NCBI RefSeq assembly: GCF_036365525.1 | Contig: NC_090399.1 | Location: 66,954,862 to 67,018,861 of the forward strand | Direction: 5' to 3' | From: Heterodontus francisci | Lineage: Eukaryota | Length of the DNA: 64,000 bases | Shown here: positions 13,601 to 27,500 of the stretch, in pieces | How positions within the stretch are numbered: the stretch's first letter is position 1 | How the letters are laid out: every line of letters begins with the position of its first letter | Made by a program: the position numbers and the translations under genes | Notes under the pieces: generated by a model | Told to the model about the DNA's origin: nothing | Databases searched by the model: none | The model's input: only the letters and a program-made list of their open reading frames with translations

Positions 13601-15650
13601 ATTATTTACAGGGGCTCTGTGTTGTGTTGGGGTTTATTCACAGGGGCTCTGTGTTGTGTTGGGGTTTATTTACAGGGGCTCTGTGTTGTGTTGTTTTGGG
13701 GTTTATTTGCAGGGGCTCTGTTTTGTGTTGTGTTGGGGTTTATTTCCAGGGGCTCTGTGTTGTTTTGGGGTTTATTTACAAAGGCTCTGTGTTGTGTTGG
13801 GTTTATTTACAGGGGCTGTGTGTTGTGTCGGTGTTTATTTCCAGGGGCTCTGTGTTGTGTCGGTGTTTATTTACAGGGGCTCTGTGTTGTGTTGGGGTTT
13901 ATTTACAGGGGCTCTGTGTTGTGTTGGCGTTTATTTACAGGGGCTCTGTGTTGTTCTGGGGTTTATTTACAAAGGCTCTGTGTTGTGTTGGGTTTATTTA
14001 CAGGGGCTGTGTGTTGTGTTGGGGTTATTTACAGGGGCTCTGTGTTGTTTTGGGATTTATTTACAGGGGCTCTGTGTTGTGTTGGAGTTTATTTACAGGG
14101 ACTCTGTGTTGTGTTGTGTTGGGGTTTATTTACAGGGACTCTGAGTTGTGTTGGGGTTTATTTACAGGGACTCTGTTGCGTTGGGGTTTATTTACAGGGG
14201 CTCTGTGTTGTATTGTTTTGAGGTTTATTTACAGGGGCTCTGTGTTGTGTTGTGTTGGAGTTTATTTACAGGGACTCTGTGTTGTGTTGGGGTTTATTTA
14301 CAGGGACTCTGTTGTGTTGGGGTTTATTTACAGGGGCTCTGTGTTGTGTTGGGGTAAATTTACAGGGGCTCTGTGTTGTGTTGGGGTTTATTTACAGGGA
14401 ATCTATTGTGTTGGGGTTTATTTACAGGGGCTCTGTGTTGTGTTGGGGTAAACTTACAGGGGTTCTGTGTTATGTTGGGGTTTATTTACAGGGGCTCTGT
14501 GTTGTGTTGTTTTGGGGTTTATTTACAGGGTCTCTGTGTTGTGTTGGGGTTTATTTACAGGGGCTCTGCTGTTTTGGGGTCTATTTACAGGGGCTCTGTG
14601 TTGTGTTGGAGTTTATTTACAGGGACTCTGTGTTGTGTTGGGGTTTATTTACAGGGGATCTGTGTTGTGTTGGGGTTTATTTACTGCTGATCTGTGTTGT
14701 GTTGTTTTGGGGTTTATTTACAGGGGCTCTGATGTATTGGGGTTGATTTACAGGGGCTCTGTGTTGTGTTGTGGTTAATTATCAGGGGTTCTGTGTTGTG
14801 TTGGGGTTTATTTACAGGGGCTCTGTGTTGTGTTGGAGTTTATTTACAAGGACTCTGTTGTGTTGGGGTTTATTTACAGGGGCTCTCTGTTGTGTTGGGG
14901 TTTATTTACAGGGGCTCTGTGTGTGTTGTTTTGGGGTTTATTTACAGGAGCTCAGTGTTGTGTTGGGGTTTTTTGTACAGGGACTCTGTGTTGTGTTGGG
15001 GTTTATTTACAGGGGCTCTGTGTTGTGTTGTTTTGGGGTTTATTTACAGGGACTCTGTTGTGTTGGGGTTTATTTACAGGGGCTCTGTGTTGTGTTGTTT
15101 TGGGGTTTATTTACAGGGGCTCTGTTTTGTGTTGTTTTGGGGTTTATTTACAGGGGCTCTCTGTTGTGTTGCGGTTTTTTTACAGGGGCTCTTTGTTGTG
15201 TTGGTGTTTATTTACAGGGACTCTGTGTTGTGTTGGGGTTTATTTACAGGGGCTCTGTGTTGTGTTGTTTTGGTGTTTATTTCCAGGGACTCTGTGTTGT
15301 GTTGGGGTTTATTTACAGGGACTCTGCTGTTTTGGGGTCTATTTACAGGGGCTCTGTGTTGTGTTGGAGTTTATTTACAGGGGCTCTGTGTTGTGTTGAT
15401 TTGGGGTTTATTTACAGGGGCTTTGTTTTGTGTTGTGTTGGGGTTTATTTACAGGGGCTCTGTGTTGTTTTGGGGTTTATTTACAAAGGCTCTGTGTTGT
15501 ATTGGGTTTATTTACAGGGGCTGTTTGTTGTGTCGGTGTTTATTTACAGGGGCTCTGTGTTGTGTTGTTTTGGGGTTTATTTGCAGGGGTTCTGTTTTGT
15601 GTTGTGTTGGGGTTTATTTACAGGGGCTCTGTGTTGTTTTGGGGTTTATA
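6493..15650 (+). repeat. Tandem duplication, period 4550 bp, apparently near-identical
   Basis: Identical translations at offset 4550 (6666/11216, 7049/11599, 8065/12615, 9035/13585, 9702/14252, 10280/14830); the match breaks near 11100/15650. Confidence 0.93.
6570..9180 (+). repeat. Higher-order duplication, period 1399 bp (present again in the second 4550-bp copy)
   Basis: ORF anchors 6666/8065, 7049/8448, 7363/8762 and 7636/9035; repeated at 11216/12615 etc. Confidence 0.9.
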
Positions 15651-18600
15651 TACAAAGGCTCTGTGTTGTGTTGGGTTTATTTACAGGGGCTGTGTGTTGT
15701 GTCGGTGTTTATTTACAGGGGCTCTGTGTTGTGTCGGTGTTTATTTACAGGGGCTCTGTGTTGTGTTGGGGTTTATTTACAGGGGCTGTGTGTTGTGTTG
15801 GGGTTTATTTACAGGGGCTCCGTGTTGTTTTGGGCTTTATTTACAAAGGCTTTGTGTTGTGTTGGGTTTATTTACAGGGGCTGTGTGTTGTGTTGGGGTC
15901 ATTTACAGGGGCTCTGTGTTGTTTTGGGGTTTATTTACAGGGGCTCTGTGTTGTGTTGGAGTTTATTTACAGGGACTCTGTGTTGTGTTGGGGTTTATTT
16001 ACAGGGGCTCTGAGTTGTGTTGGGGTTTATTTACAGGGGCTCTGTGTTGTGTTGGGGTAAATTTACAGGGACTCTGTGTTGTGTTGGGGTTTATTTACAG
16101 GGTATCTGTTGTGTTGGGGTTTATTTACAGGGGCTCTGTGTTGTGTTGGGGTTTATTTACAGGGGTTCTGTGTTGTGTTGTGGTTTATTTACAGGGGCTC
16201 TGTGTTGTGTTGTTTTGGGGTTTATTTACAGGGGCTCTGTGTTGTGTTGGGGTTTATTTACAGGGGCTCTGTGTTGCGTTGTTTTGGGGTTTATGTACAG
16301 CGGCTCTGTGTTGTGTTGTTTTGGGGTTTATTTCCAGGGACTCTGTGTTGTGTTGTGGTTTATTTACAGGGACTCTGCTGTTTTGGGGTATATTTACAGG
16401 GGCTCTGTGTTGTGTTGGACTTTATTTACAGGGACTCTGTGTTGTGTTGGGGTTTATTTACAGGGGATCTGTGTTGTGTTGGGGTTTATTTACTGCTGAT
16501 CTGTGTTGTGTTGTTTTGGGGTTTATTTACAGGGGCTCTGTGATGTGTTGGGGTTTACTTACAGGGACTCTGATGTATTGGGGTTAATTTACAGGGGCTC
16601 TGTGTTGTGTTGTGGTTAATTATCAGGGGTTCTGTGTTGTGTTGGTGTTTATTTACAGGGGCTCTGTGTTGTGTTGTGTTGGAGTTTATTTACAGGGACT
16701 CTGTTGTGTTGGGGTATATTTGCAGGGGCTCTCTGTTGTGTTGGGGTTTATTTACAGGGGCTCTGTGTTGTGTTGTGTTGGGGTTTATTTACAGGGACTC
16801 TGTTGTGTTGGGGTTTATTTACAGGGGCTCTGTGTTGTGTTGTTTTGGGGTTTATTTACAGGGGCTCTGTTTTGTGTTGTGTTGGGGTTTATTTACAGGG
16901 GCTCTGTGTTGTGTTGTTCTGGGGTTTATTTACAGGGGCTCTGTGTTGCATTGGGGTTTATTTACAGGGACTCTGTTGTGTTGGGGTTTATTTACAGGGG
17001 CTCTGTGTTGTTTTGGGGTTTATTTACAGGGACTCTGTTGTGTTGGGGTTTATTTCCAGGGGCTCTGTGTTGTGTTGTGTTGGGGTTTATTTGCAGGGGC
17101 TCTGTGTTGTGTTGCGGTTTATTTACAGGGACTCTGTGTTGTGTTGGGGTTTATTTACAGGGCACTGTTGTGTTGGGGTTTATTTACAGGGGCTCTATGT
17201 TGTGTTGGGGTTTATTTACAGGGATTCTGTTGTGTTGGGGTTTATTTACAGGGGCTCTGAGTTGTGTTGTTTTGGGGTATATTTACAGGGGCTCTGTGTT
17301 GTGTTGTGTTGGGATTTATTTACAGGGGCTCTGTGTTGTGTTGTTTTGGGGTTTATTTACAGGGGCTCTGTGTTGCGTTGGGGTTTATTTACAGGGGCTC
17401 TGTGTTGTGTTGTTTTGGTGTTTATTTCCAGGGACTCTGTGTTGTGTTGGGGTTTATTTACAGGGACTCTGCTGTTTTGGGGTCGATTTACAGGGGCTCT
17501 GTGTTGTGTTGGAGTTTATTTACAGGGACACTGTGTTGTGTTGGGGTTTATTTACAGGGGCTCTGTGTTGTGTTAAGTTGGGGTTTATTTACAGGGGCTT
17601 TGTTTTGTGTTGTGTTGGGGTTTATTTACAGGGGCTCTGTGTTGTTTTGGGGTTTATTTACAAAGGCTCTGTGTTGTATTGGGTTTATTTACAGGGGCTG
17701 TGTGTTGTGTCGGTGTTTATTTACAGGGGCTCTGTGTTGAGTTGGGGTTTATTTACAGGGGCTCTGTGTTGTTTTGGGGTTTATTTACAAAGGCTCTGTG
17801 TTGTGTTGGGTTTATTTACAGGGGCTGTGTGTTGTGTCGGTGTTTATTTACAGGGGCTCTGTGTTGTGTCGGTGTTTATTTACAGGGGCTCTGTGTTGTG
17901 TTGGGGTTTATTTACAGGGGCTGTGTGTTGTGTTGGGGTTTATTTACAGGGGCTCTGTGTTGTTTTGGGCTTTATTTACAAAGGCTCTGTGTTGTGTTGG
18001 GTTTATTTACAGGGGCTGTGTGTTGTGTTGGGGTCATTTACAGGGGCTCTGTGTTGTTTTGGGGTTTATTTACAGGGGCTCTGTGTTGTGTTGGAGTTTA
18101 TTTCCAGGGACTCTGTGTTGTGTTGTGTTGGGGTTTATTTACAGGGGCTCTGAGTTGTGTTGGGGTTTATTTACAGGGACTCTGTTGCGTTGGGGTTTAT
18201 TTACAGGGGCTCTGTGTTGTATTGTTTTGAGGTTTATTTACAGGGGCTCTGTGTTGTGTTGGAGTTTATTAACAGGGACTGTGTGCTGTGTTGGGGTTTA
18301 TTTACAGGGACTCTGTTGTGTTGGGGTTTATTTACAGGGGCTCTGTGTTGTGTTAGGGTATATTTACAGGGGCTCTGTGTTGTGTTGGGGTTTATTTACA
18401 GGGAATCTGTTGTGTTGGGGTTTATTTACAGGGGCTCTGTGTTGTGTTGGGGTAAATTTACAGGGGTTCTGTGTTGTGTTGGGGTTTATTTACAGGGGCT
18501 CTGTGTTGTGTTGGGGTTTATTTACAGGGGCTCTGTGTTGTGTTGTTTTGGTGTTTATTTACAGGGGCTTTGTTTTGTGTTGTGTTGGGGTTTATTTACA

Positions 18601-21502
18601 GGGGCTCTGTGTTGTTTTGGGGTTTATTTACAAAGGCTCTGTGTTGTATTGGGTTTATTTACAGGGGCTGTGTGTTGTGTCGGTGTTTATTTACAGGGGC
18701 TCTGTGTTGTGTTGCTTTGGGGTTTATTTAGAGGGGCTCTGTTTTGTGTTGTGTTGGTCATTATTTACAGGGGCTCTGTGTTGTGTTGGGGTTTATTCAC
18801 AGGGGCTCTGTGTTGTGTTGGGGTTTATTTACAGGGGCTCTGTGTTGTGTTGTTTTGGGGTTTATTTGCAGGGGCTCTGTTTTGTGTTGTGTTGGGGTTT
18901 ATTTACAGGGGCTCTGTGTTGTTTTGGGGTTTATTTACAAAGGCTCTGTGTTGTGTTGGGTTTATTTACAGGGGCTGTGTGTTGTGTCGGTGTTTATTTA
19001 CAGGGGCTCTGTGTTGTGTCGGTGTTTATTTACAGGGGCTCTGTGTTGTGTTGGGGTTTATTTACAGGGGCTCTGTGTTGTGTTGGCGTTTATTTACAGG
19101 GGCTCTGTGTTGTTCTGGGGTTTATTTACAAAGGCTCTGTGTTGTGTTGGGTTTATTTACAGGGGCTGTGTGTTGTGTTGGGGTTATTTACAGGGGCTCT
19201 GTGTTGTTTTGGGATTTATTTACAGGGGCTCTGTGTTGTGTTGGAGTTTATTTACAGGGACTCTGTGTTGTGTTGTGTTGGGGTTTATTTACAGGGGCTC
19301 TGAGTTGTGTTGGGGTTTATTTACAGGGACTCTGTTGCGTTGGGGTTTATTTACAGGGGCTCTGTGTTGTATTGTTTTGAGGTTTATTTACAGGGGCTCT
19401 GTGTTGTGTTGTGTTGGAGTTTATTTACAGGGACTCTGTGTTGTGTTGGGGTTTATTTACAGGGACTCTGTTGTGTTGGGGTTTATTTACAGGGGCTCTG
19501 TGTTGTGTTGGGGTAAATTTACAGGGGCTCTGTGTTGTGTTGGGGTTTATTTACAGGGAATCTATTGTGTTGGGGTTTATTTACAGGGGCTCTGTGTTGT
19601 GTTGGGGTAAACTTACAGGGGTTCTGTGTTATGTTGGGGTTTATTTACAGGGGCTCTGTGTTGTGTTGTTTTGGGGATTATTTACAGGGTCTCTGTGTTG
19701 TGTTGGGGTTTATTTACAGGGGCTCTGCTGTTTTGGGGTCTATTTACAGGGGCTCTGTGTTGTGTTGGAGTTTATTTACAGGGACTCTGTGTTGTGTTGG
19801 GGTTTATTTACAGGGGATCTGTGTTGTGTTGGGGTTTATTTACTGCTGATCTGTGTTGTGTTGTTTTGGGGTTTATTTACAGGGGCTCTATGATGTGTTG
19901 GGGTTTATTTACAGGGACTCTGATGTATTGGGGTTGATTTACAGGGGCTCTGTGTTGTGTTGTGGTTAATTATCAGGGGTTCTGTGTTGTGTTGGGGTTT
20001 ATTTACAGGGGCTCTGTGTTGTGTTGTGTTGGAGTTTATTTACAAGGACTCTGTTGTGTTGGGGTTTATTTACAGGGGCTCTCTGTTGTGTTGGGGTTTA
20101 TTTACAGGGGCTCTGTGTGTGTTGTTTTGGGGTTTATTTACAGGAGCTCAGTGTTGTGTTGGGGTTTTTTGTACAGGGACTCTGTGTTGTGTTGGGGTTT
20201 ATTTACAGGGGCTCTGTGTTGTGTTGTTTTGGGGTTTATTTACAGGGACTCTGTTGTGTTGGGGTTTATTTACAGGGGCTCTGTGTTGTGTTGTTTTGGG
20301 GTTTATTTACAGGGGCTCTGTTTTGTGTTGTTTTGGGGTTTATTTACAGGGGCTCTCTGTTGTGTTGCGGTTTTTTTACAGGGGCTCTTTGTTGTGTTGG
20401 TGTTTATTTACAGGGACTCTGTGTTGTGTTGGGGTTTATTTACAGGGGCTCTGTGTTGTGTTGTTTTGGTGTTTATTTCCAGGGACTCTGTGTTGTGTTG
20501 GGGTTTATTTACAGGGACTCTGCTGTTTTGGGGTCTATTTACAGGGGCTCTGTGTTGTGTTGGAGTTTATTTACAGGGGCTCTGTGTTGTGTTGATTTGG
20601 GGTTTATTTACAGGGGCTTTGTTTTGTGTTGTGTTGGGGTTTATTTACAGGGGCTCTGTGTTGTTTTGGGGTTTATTTACAAAGGCTCTGTGTTGTATTG
20701 GGTTTATTTACAGGGGCTGTGTGTTGTGTCGGTGTTTATTTACAGGGGCTCTGTGTTGTGTTGTTTTGGGGTTTATTTGCAGGGGTTCTGTTTTGTGTTG
20801 TGTTGGGGTTTATTTACAGGGGCTCTGTGTTGTTTTGGGGTTTATTTACAAAGGCTCTGTGTTGTGTTGGGTTTATTTACAGGGGCTGTGTGTTGTGTCG
20901 GTGTTTATTTACAGGGGCTCTGTGTTGTGTCGGTGTTTATTTACAGGGGCTCTGTGTTGTGTTGGGGTTTATTTACAGGGGCTGTGTGTTGTGTTGGGGT
21001 TTATTTACAGGGGCTCTGTGTTGTTTTGGGCTTTATTTACAAAGGCTTTGTGTTGTGTTGGGTTTATTTACAGGGGCTGTGTGTTGTGTTGGGGTCATTT
21101 ACAGGGGCTCTGTGTTGTTTTGGGGTTTATTTACAGGGGCTCTGTGTTGTGTTGGAGTTTATTTACAGGGACTCTGTGTTGTGTTGGGGTTTATTTACAG
21201 GGGCTCTGAGTTGTGTTGGGGTTTATTTACAGGGACTCTGTTGCGTTGGGGTTTATTTACAGGGGCTCTGTGTTGTATTGTTTTGAGGTTTATTTACAGG
21301 GGCTCTGTGTTGTGTTGTTTTGGGGTTTATTTACAGGGTCTCTGTGTTGTGTTGGGGTTTATTTACAGGGGCTCTGTGTTGTGTTGTTTTGGTGTTTATT
21401 TCCAGGGACTCTGTGTTGTGTTGGGGTTTATTTACAGGGACTCTGCTGTTTTGGGGTCTATTTACAGGGGCTCTGTGTTGTGTTGGAGTTTATTTACAGG
21501 GA

Positions 21503-24500
21503 CTCTGTGTTGTGTTGGGGTTTATTTACAGGGGATCTGTGTTGTGTTGGGGTTTATTTACTGCTGATCTGTGTTGTGTTGTTTTGGGGTTTATTTACAG
21601 GGGCTCTATGATGTGTTGGGGTTTATTTACAGGGACTCTGATGTATTGGGGTTGATTTACAGGGGCTCTGTGTTGTGTTGTGGTTAATTATCAGGGGTTC
21701 TGTGTTGTGTTGGGGTTTATTTACAGGGGCTCTGTGTTGTGTTGTGTTGGAGTTTATTTACAAGGACTCTGTTGTGTAGGGGTTTATTTACAGGGGCTCT
21801 CTGTTGTGTTGGGGTTTATTTACAGGGGCTCTGTGTTGTGTTGTTTTGGGGTTTATTTACAGGAGCTCAGTGTTGTGTTGGGGTTTTTTGTACAGGGACT
21901 CTGTGTTGTGTTGGGGTTTATTTACAGGGGCTCTGTGTTGTGTTGTTTTGGGGTTTATTTACAGGGGCTCTGTGCTGTGTTGTGTTGGGGTTTATTTACA
22001 GGGGCTCTGTGTTGTGTTGGGGTTTATTTACAGGGGCTCTGTGTTGTGTTGTTATGGGGTTTATTTTCAGGGGCTCTGTTTTGTGTTGTGCTGGTCATTA
22101 TTTACAGGGGCTCTGTGTTGTGTTGGGGTTTATTTACAGGGGCTCTGTGTTGTGTTGTTTTGGGGTTTATTTACAGGGGCTCTGTTTTGTGTTGTTTTGG
22201 GGTTTATTTACAGGGGCTCTCTGTTGTGTTGCGGTTTATTTACAGGGGCTCTTTGTTGTGTTGGAGTTTATTTACAGGGACTCTGTGTTGTGTTGGGGTT
22301 TATTTACAGGGGCTCTGTGTTGTGTTGTTTTGGTGTTTATTTCCAGGGACTCTGTGTTGTGTTGGGGTTTATTTACAGGGACTCTGCTGTTTTGGGGTCT
22401 ATTTACAGGGGCTCTGTGTTGTGTTGGAGTTTATCTACAGGGACTCTGTGTTGTGTTGGGGTTTATTTACAGGGGCTCTGTGTTGTGTTGATTTGGGGTT
22501 TATTTACAGGGGCTTTGTTTTGTGTTGTGTTGGGGTTTATTTACAGGGGCTCTGTGTTGTTTTGGGGTTTATTTACAAAGGCTCTGTGTTGTATTGGGTT
22601 TATTTACAGGGGCTGTGTGTTGTGTCGGTCTTTATTTACAGGGGCTCTGTGTTGTGTTGTTTTGGGGTTTATTTGCAGGGGCTCTGTTTTGTGTTGTGTT
22701 GGGGTTTATTTACAGGGGCTCTGTGTTGTTTTGGGGTTTATTTACAAAGGCTCTGTGTTGTGTTGGGTTTATTTACAGGGGCTGTGTGTTGTGTCGGTGT
22801 TTATTTACAGGGGCTCTGTGTTGTGTCGGTGTTTATTTACAGGGGCTCTGTGTTGTGTTGGGGTTTATTTACAGGGGCTGTGTGTTGTGTTGGGGTTTAT
22901 TTACAGGGGCTCTGTGTTGTTTTGGGCTTTATTTACAAAGGCTTTGTGTTGTGTTGGGTTTATTTACAGGGGCTGTGTGTTGTGTTGGGGTCATTTACAG
23001 GGGCTCTGTGTTGTTTTGGGGTTTATTTACAGGGGCTCTGTGTTGTGTTGGAGTTTATTTACAGGGACTCTGTGTTGTGTTGGGGTTTATTTACAGGGGC
23101 TCTGAGTTGTGTTGGGGTTTATTTACAGGGACACTGTTGCGTTGGGGTTTATTTACAGGGGCTCTGTGTTGTATTGTTTTGAGGTTTATTTACTGGGGCT
23201 CTGTGTTGTGTTGTGTTGGAGTTTATTTACAGGGACTGTGTGTTGTGTTGGGGTTTATTTACAGGGACTCTGTTGTGTTGGGGTTTATTTACAGGGGCTC
23301 TGTGTTGTGTTGGGGTAAATTTACAGGGGCTCTGTGTTGTGTTGGGGTTTATTTACAGGGAATCTGTTGTGTTGGGGTTTATTTACAGGGGCTCTGTGTT
23401 GTGTTGGGGTAAATTTACAGGGGTTCTGTGTTGTGTTGGGGTTTATTTACAGGGGCTCTGTGTTGTGTTGGGGTTTATTTACAGGGGCTCTGTGTTGTGT
23501 TGTTTTGGTGTCTATTTACAGGGGCTCTGTGTTGTGTTGGAGTTTATTTACAGGGGCTCTGTGTTGTGTTGTTTTGGGGTTTATTTACAGGGGCTCTGTG
23601 TTGTGTTGGGGTTTATTTACAGGGGCTCTGTGTTGTGTTGTTTTGGGGTTTATTTACAGGGGCTCTGTTTTGTGTTGTTTTGGGGTTTATTTACAGGGGC
23701 TCTCTGTTGTGTTGCGGTTTATTTACAGGGGCTCTTTGTTGTGTTGGTGTTTATTTACAGGGACTCTGTGTTGTGTTGGGGTTTATTTACAGGGGCTCTG
23801 TGTTGTGTTGTTTTGGTGTTTATTTCCAGGGACTCTGTGTTGTGTTGGGGTTTATTTACAGGGACTCTGCTGTTTTGGGGTCTATTTACAGGGGCTCTGT
23901 GTTGTGTTGGAGTTTATTTCCAGGGGCTCTGTGTTGTGTTGATTTGGGGTTTATTTACAGGGGCTTTGTTTTGTGTTGTGTTGGGGTTTATTTACAGGGG
24001 CTCTGTGTTGTTTTGGGGTTTATTTACAAAGGCTCTGTGTTGTATTGGGTTTATTTACAGGGGCTGTGTGTTGTGTCGGTGTTTATTTACAGGGGCTCTG
24101 TGTTGTGTTGTTTTGGGGTTTATTTGCAGGGGTTCTGTTTTGTGTTGTGTTGGGGTTTATTTACAGGGGCTCTGTGTTGTTTTGGGGTTTATTTACAAAG
24201 GCTCTGTGTTGTGTTGGGTTTATTTACAGGGGCTGTGTGTTGTGTCGGTGTTTATTTACAGGGGCTCTGTGTTGTGTCGGTGTTTATTTACAGGGGCTCT
24301 GTGTTGTGTTGGGGTTTATTTACAGGGGCTGTGTGTTGTGTTGGGGTTTATTTACAGGGGCTCTGTGTTGTTTTGGGCTTTATTTACAAAGGCTTTGTGT
24401 TGTGTTGGGTTTATTTACAGGGGCTGTGTGTTGTGTTGGGGTCATTTACAGGGGCTCTGTGTTGTTTTGGGGTTTATTTACAGGGGCTCTGTGTTGTGTT

Positions 24501-27500
24501 GGAGTTTATTTACAGGGACTCTGTGTTGTGTTGGGGTTTATTTACAGGGGCTCTGAGTTGTGTTGGGGTTTATTTACAGGGACTCTGTTGCGTTGGGGTT
24601 TATTTACAGGGGCTCTGTGTTGTATTGTTTTGAGGTTTATTTACAGGGGCTCTGTGTTGTGTTGTTTTGGGGTTTATTTACAGGGTCTCTGTGTTGTGTT
24701 GGGGTTTATTTACAGGGGCTCTGTGTTGTGTTGTTTTGGTGTTTATTTCCAGGGACTCTGTGTTGTGTTGGGGTTTATTTACAGGGACTCTGCTGTTTTG
24801 GGGTCTATTTACAGGGGCTCTGTGTTGTGTTGGGGTTTATTTACAGGGGATCTGTGTTGTGTTGGGGTTTATTTACTGCTGATCTGTGTTGTGTTGTTTT
24901 GGGGTTTATTTACAGGGGCTCTGTGATGTGTTGGGGTTTATTTACAGGGACTCTGATGTATTGGGGTTGATTTACAGGGGCTCTGTGTTGTGTTGTGGTT
25001 AATTATCAGGGGTTCTGTGTTGTGTTGGGGTTTATTTACAGGGGCTCTGTGTTGTGTTGTGTTGGAGTTTATTTACAAGGACTCTGTTGTGTTGGGGTTT
25101 ATTTACAGGGGCTCTCTGTTGTGTTGGGGTTTATTTACAGGGGCTCTGTGTTGTGTTGTTTTGGGGTTTATTTACAGGAGCTCAGTGTTGTGTTGGGGTT
25201 TTTTGTACAGGGACTCTGTGTTGTGTTGGGGTTTATTTACAGGGGCTCTGTGTTGTGTTGTTTTGGGGTTTATTTACAGGGACTCTGTTGTGTTGGGGTT
25301 TATTTACAGGGGCTCTGTGCTGTGTTGTGTTGGGGTTTATTTACAGGGGCTCTGTGTTGTGTTGGGGTTTATTTACAGGGGCTCTGTGTTGTGTTGTTAT
25401 GGGGTTTATTTTCAGGGGCTCTGTTTTGTGTTGTGCTGGTCATTATTTACAGGGGCTCTGTGTTGTGTTGGGGTTTATTTACAGGGGCTCTGTGTTGTGT
25501 TGTTTTGGGGTTTATTTACAGGGGCTCTGTTTTGTGTTGTTTTGGGGTTTATTTACAGGGGCTCTCTGTTGTGTTGGGGTTTATTTACAGGGACTCTGTG
25601 TTGTGTTGGGGTTTATTTACAGGGGCTCTGTGTTGTGTTGTTTTGGTGTTTATTTCCAGGGACTCTGTGTTGTGTTGGGGTTTATTTACAGGGACTCTGC
25701 TGTTTTGGGGTCTATTTACAGGGGCTCTGTGTTGTGTTGGAGTTTATCTACAGGGACTCTGTGTTGTGTTGGGGTTTATTTACAGGGGCTCTGTGTTGTG
25801 TTGATTTGGGGTTTATTTACAGGGGCTTTGTTTTGTGTTGTGTTGGGGTTTATTTACAGGGGCTCTGTGTTGTTTTGGGGTTTATTTACAAAGGCTCTGT
25901 GTTGTATTGGGTTTATTTACAGGGGCTGTGTGTTGTGTTGGTCTTTATTTACAGGGGCTCTGTGTTGTGTTGTTTTGGGGTTTATTTGCAGGGGCTCTGT
26001 TTTGTGTTGTGTTGGGGTTTATTTACAGGGGCTCTGTGTTGTTTTGGGGTTTATTTACAAAGGCTCTGTGTTGTGTTGGGTTTATTTACAGGGGCTGTGT
26101 GTTGTGTCGGTGTTTATTTACAGGGGCTCTGTGTTGTGTCGGTGTTTATTTACAGGGGCTCTGTGTTGTGTTGGGGTTTATTTACAGGGGCTGTGTGTTG
26201 TGTTGGGGTTTATTTACAGGGGCTCTGTGTTGTTTTGGGCTTTATTTACAAAGGCTTTGTGTTGTGTTGGGTTTATTTACAGGGACTCTGTTGCGTTGGG
26301 GTTTATTTACAGGGGCTCTGTGTTGTATTGTTTTGAGGTTTATTTACAGGGGCTCTGTGTTGTGTTGTGTTGGAGTTTATTTACAGGGACTGTGTGTTGT
26401 GTTGGGGTTTATTTACAGGGACTCTGTTGTGTTGGGGTTTATTTACAGGGGCTCTGTGTTGTGTTGGGGTAAATTTACAGGGGCTCTGTGTTGTGTTGGG
26501 GTTTATTTACAGGGAATCTGTTGTGTTGGGGTTTATTTACAGGGGCTCTGTGTTGTGTTGGGGTAAATTTACAGGGGTTCTGTGTTGTGTTGGGGTTTAT
26601 TTACAGGGGCTCTGTGTTGTGTTGGGGTTTATTTACAGGGGCTCTGTGTTGTGTTGTTTTGGTGTCTATTTACAGGGGCTCTGTGTTGTGTTGGAGTTTA
26701 TTTACAGGGACTCTGTGTTGTGTTGGGGTTTATTTACAGGGGCTCTGTGTTGTGTTGGTGCTTATTTACAGGGGCTCTGTGTTGTGTTGGGGTTTATTTA
26801 CAGGGGATCTGTGTTGTGTTGGGGTTTATTTACTGCTGATCTGTGTTGTGTTGTTTTGGGGTTTATTTACAGGGGCTCTATGATGTGTTGGGGTTTATTT
26901 ACAGGGACTCTGATGTATTGGGGTTGATTTACAGGGGCTCTGTGTTGTGTTGTGGTTAATTATCAGGGGTTCTGTGTTGTGTTGGGGTTTATTTACAGGG
27001 GCTCTGTGTTGTGTTGTGTTGGAGTTTATTTACAAGGACTCTGTTGTGTAGGGGTTTATTTACAGGGGCTCTCTGTTGTGTTGGGGTTTATTTACAGGGG
27101 CTCTGTGTTGTGTTGTTTTGGGGTTTATTTACAGGAGCTCAGTGTTGTGTTGGGGTTTTTTGTACAGGGACTCTGTGTTGTGTTGGGGTTTATTTACAGG
27201 GGCTCTGTGTTGTGTTGTTTTGGGGTTTATTTACAGGGGCTCTGTGCTGTGTTGTGTTGGGGTTTATTTACAGGGGCTCTGTGTTGTGTTGGGGTTTATT
27301 TACAGGGGCTCTGTGTTGTGTTGTTATGGGGTTTATTTTCAGGGGCTCTGTTTTGTGTTGTGCTGGTCATTATTTACAGGGGCTCTGTGTTGTGTTGGGG
27401 TTTATTTACAGGGGCTCTGTGTTGTGTTGTTTTGGGGTTTATTTACAGGGGCTCTGTTTTGTGTTGTTTTGGGGTTTATTTACAGGGGCTCTCTGTTGTG

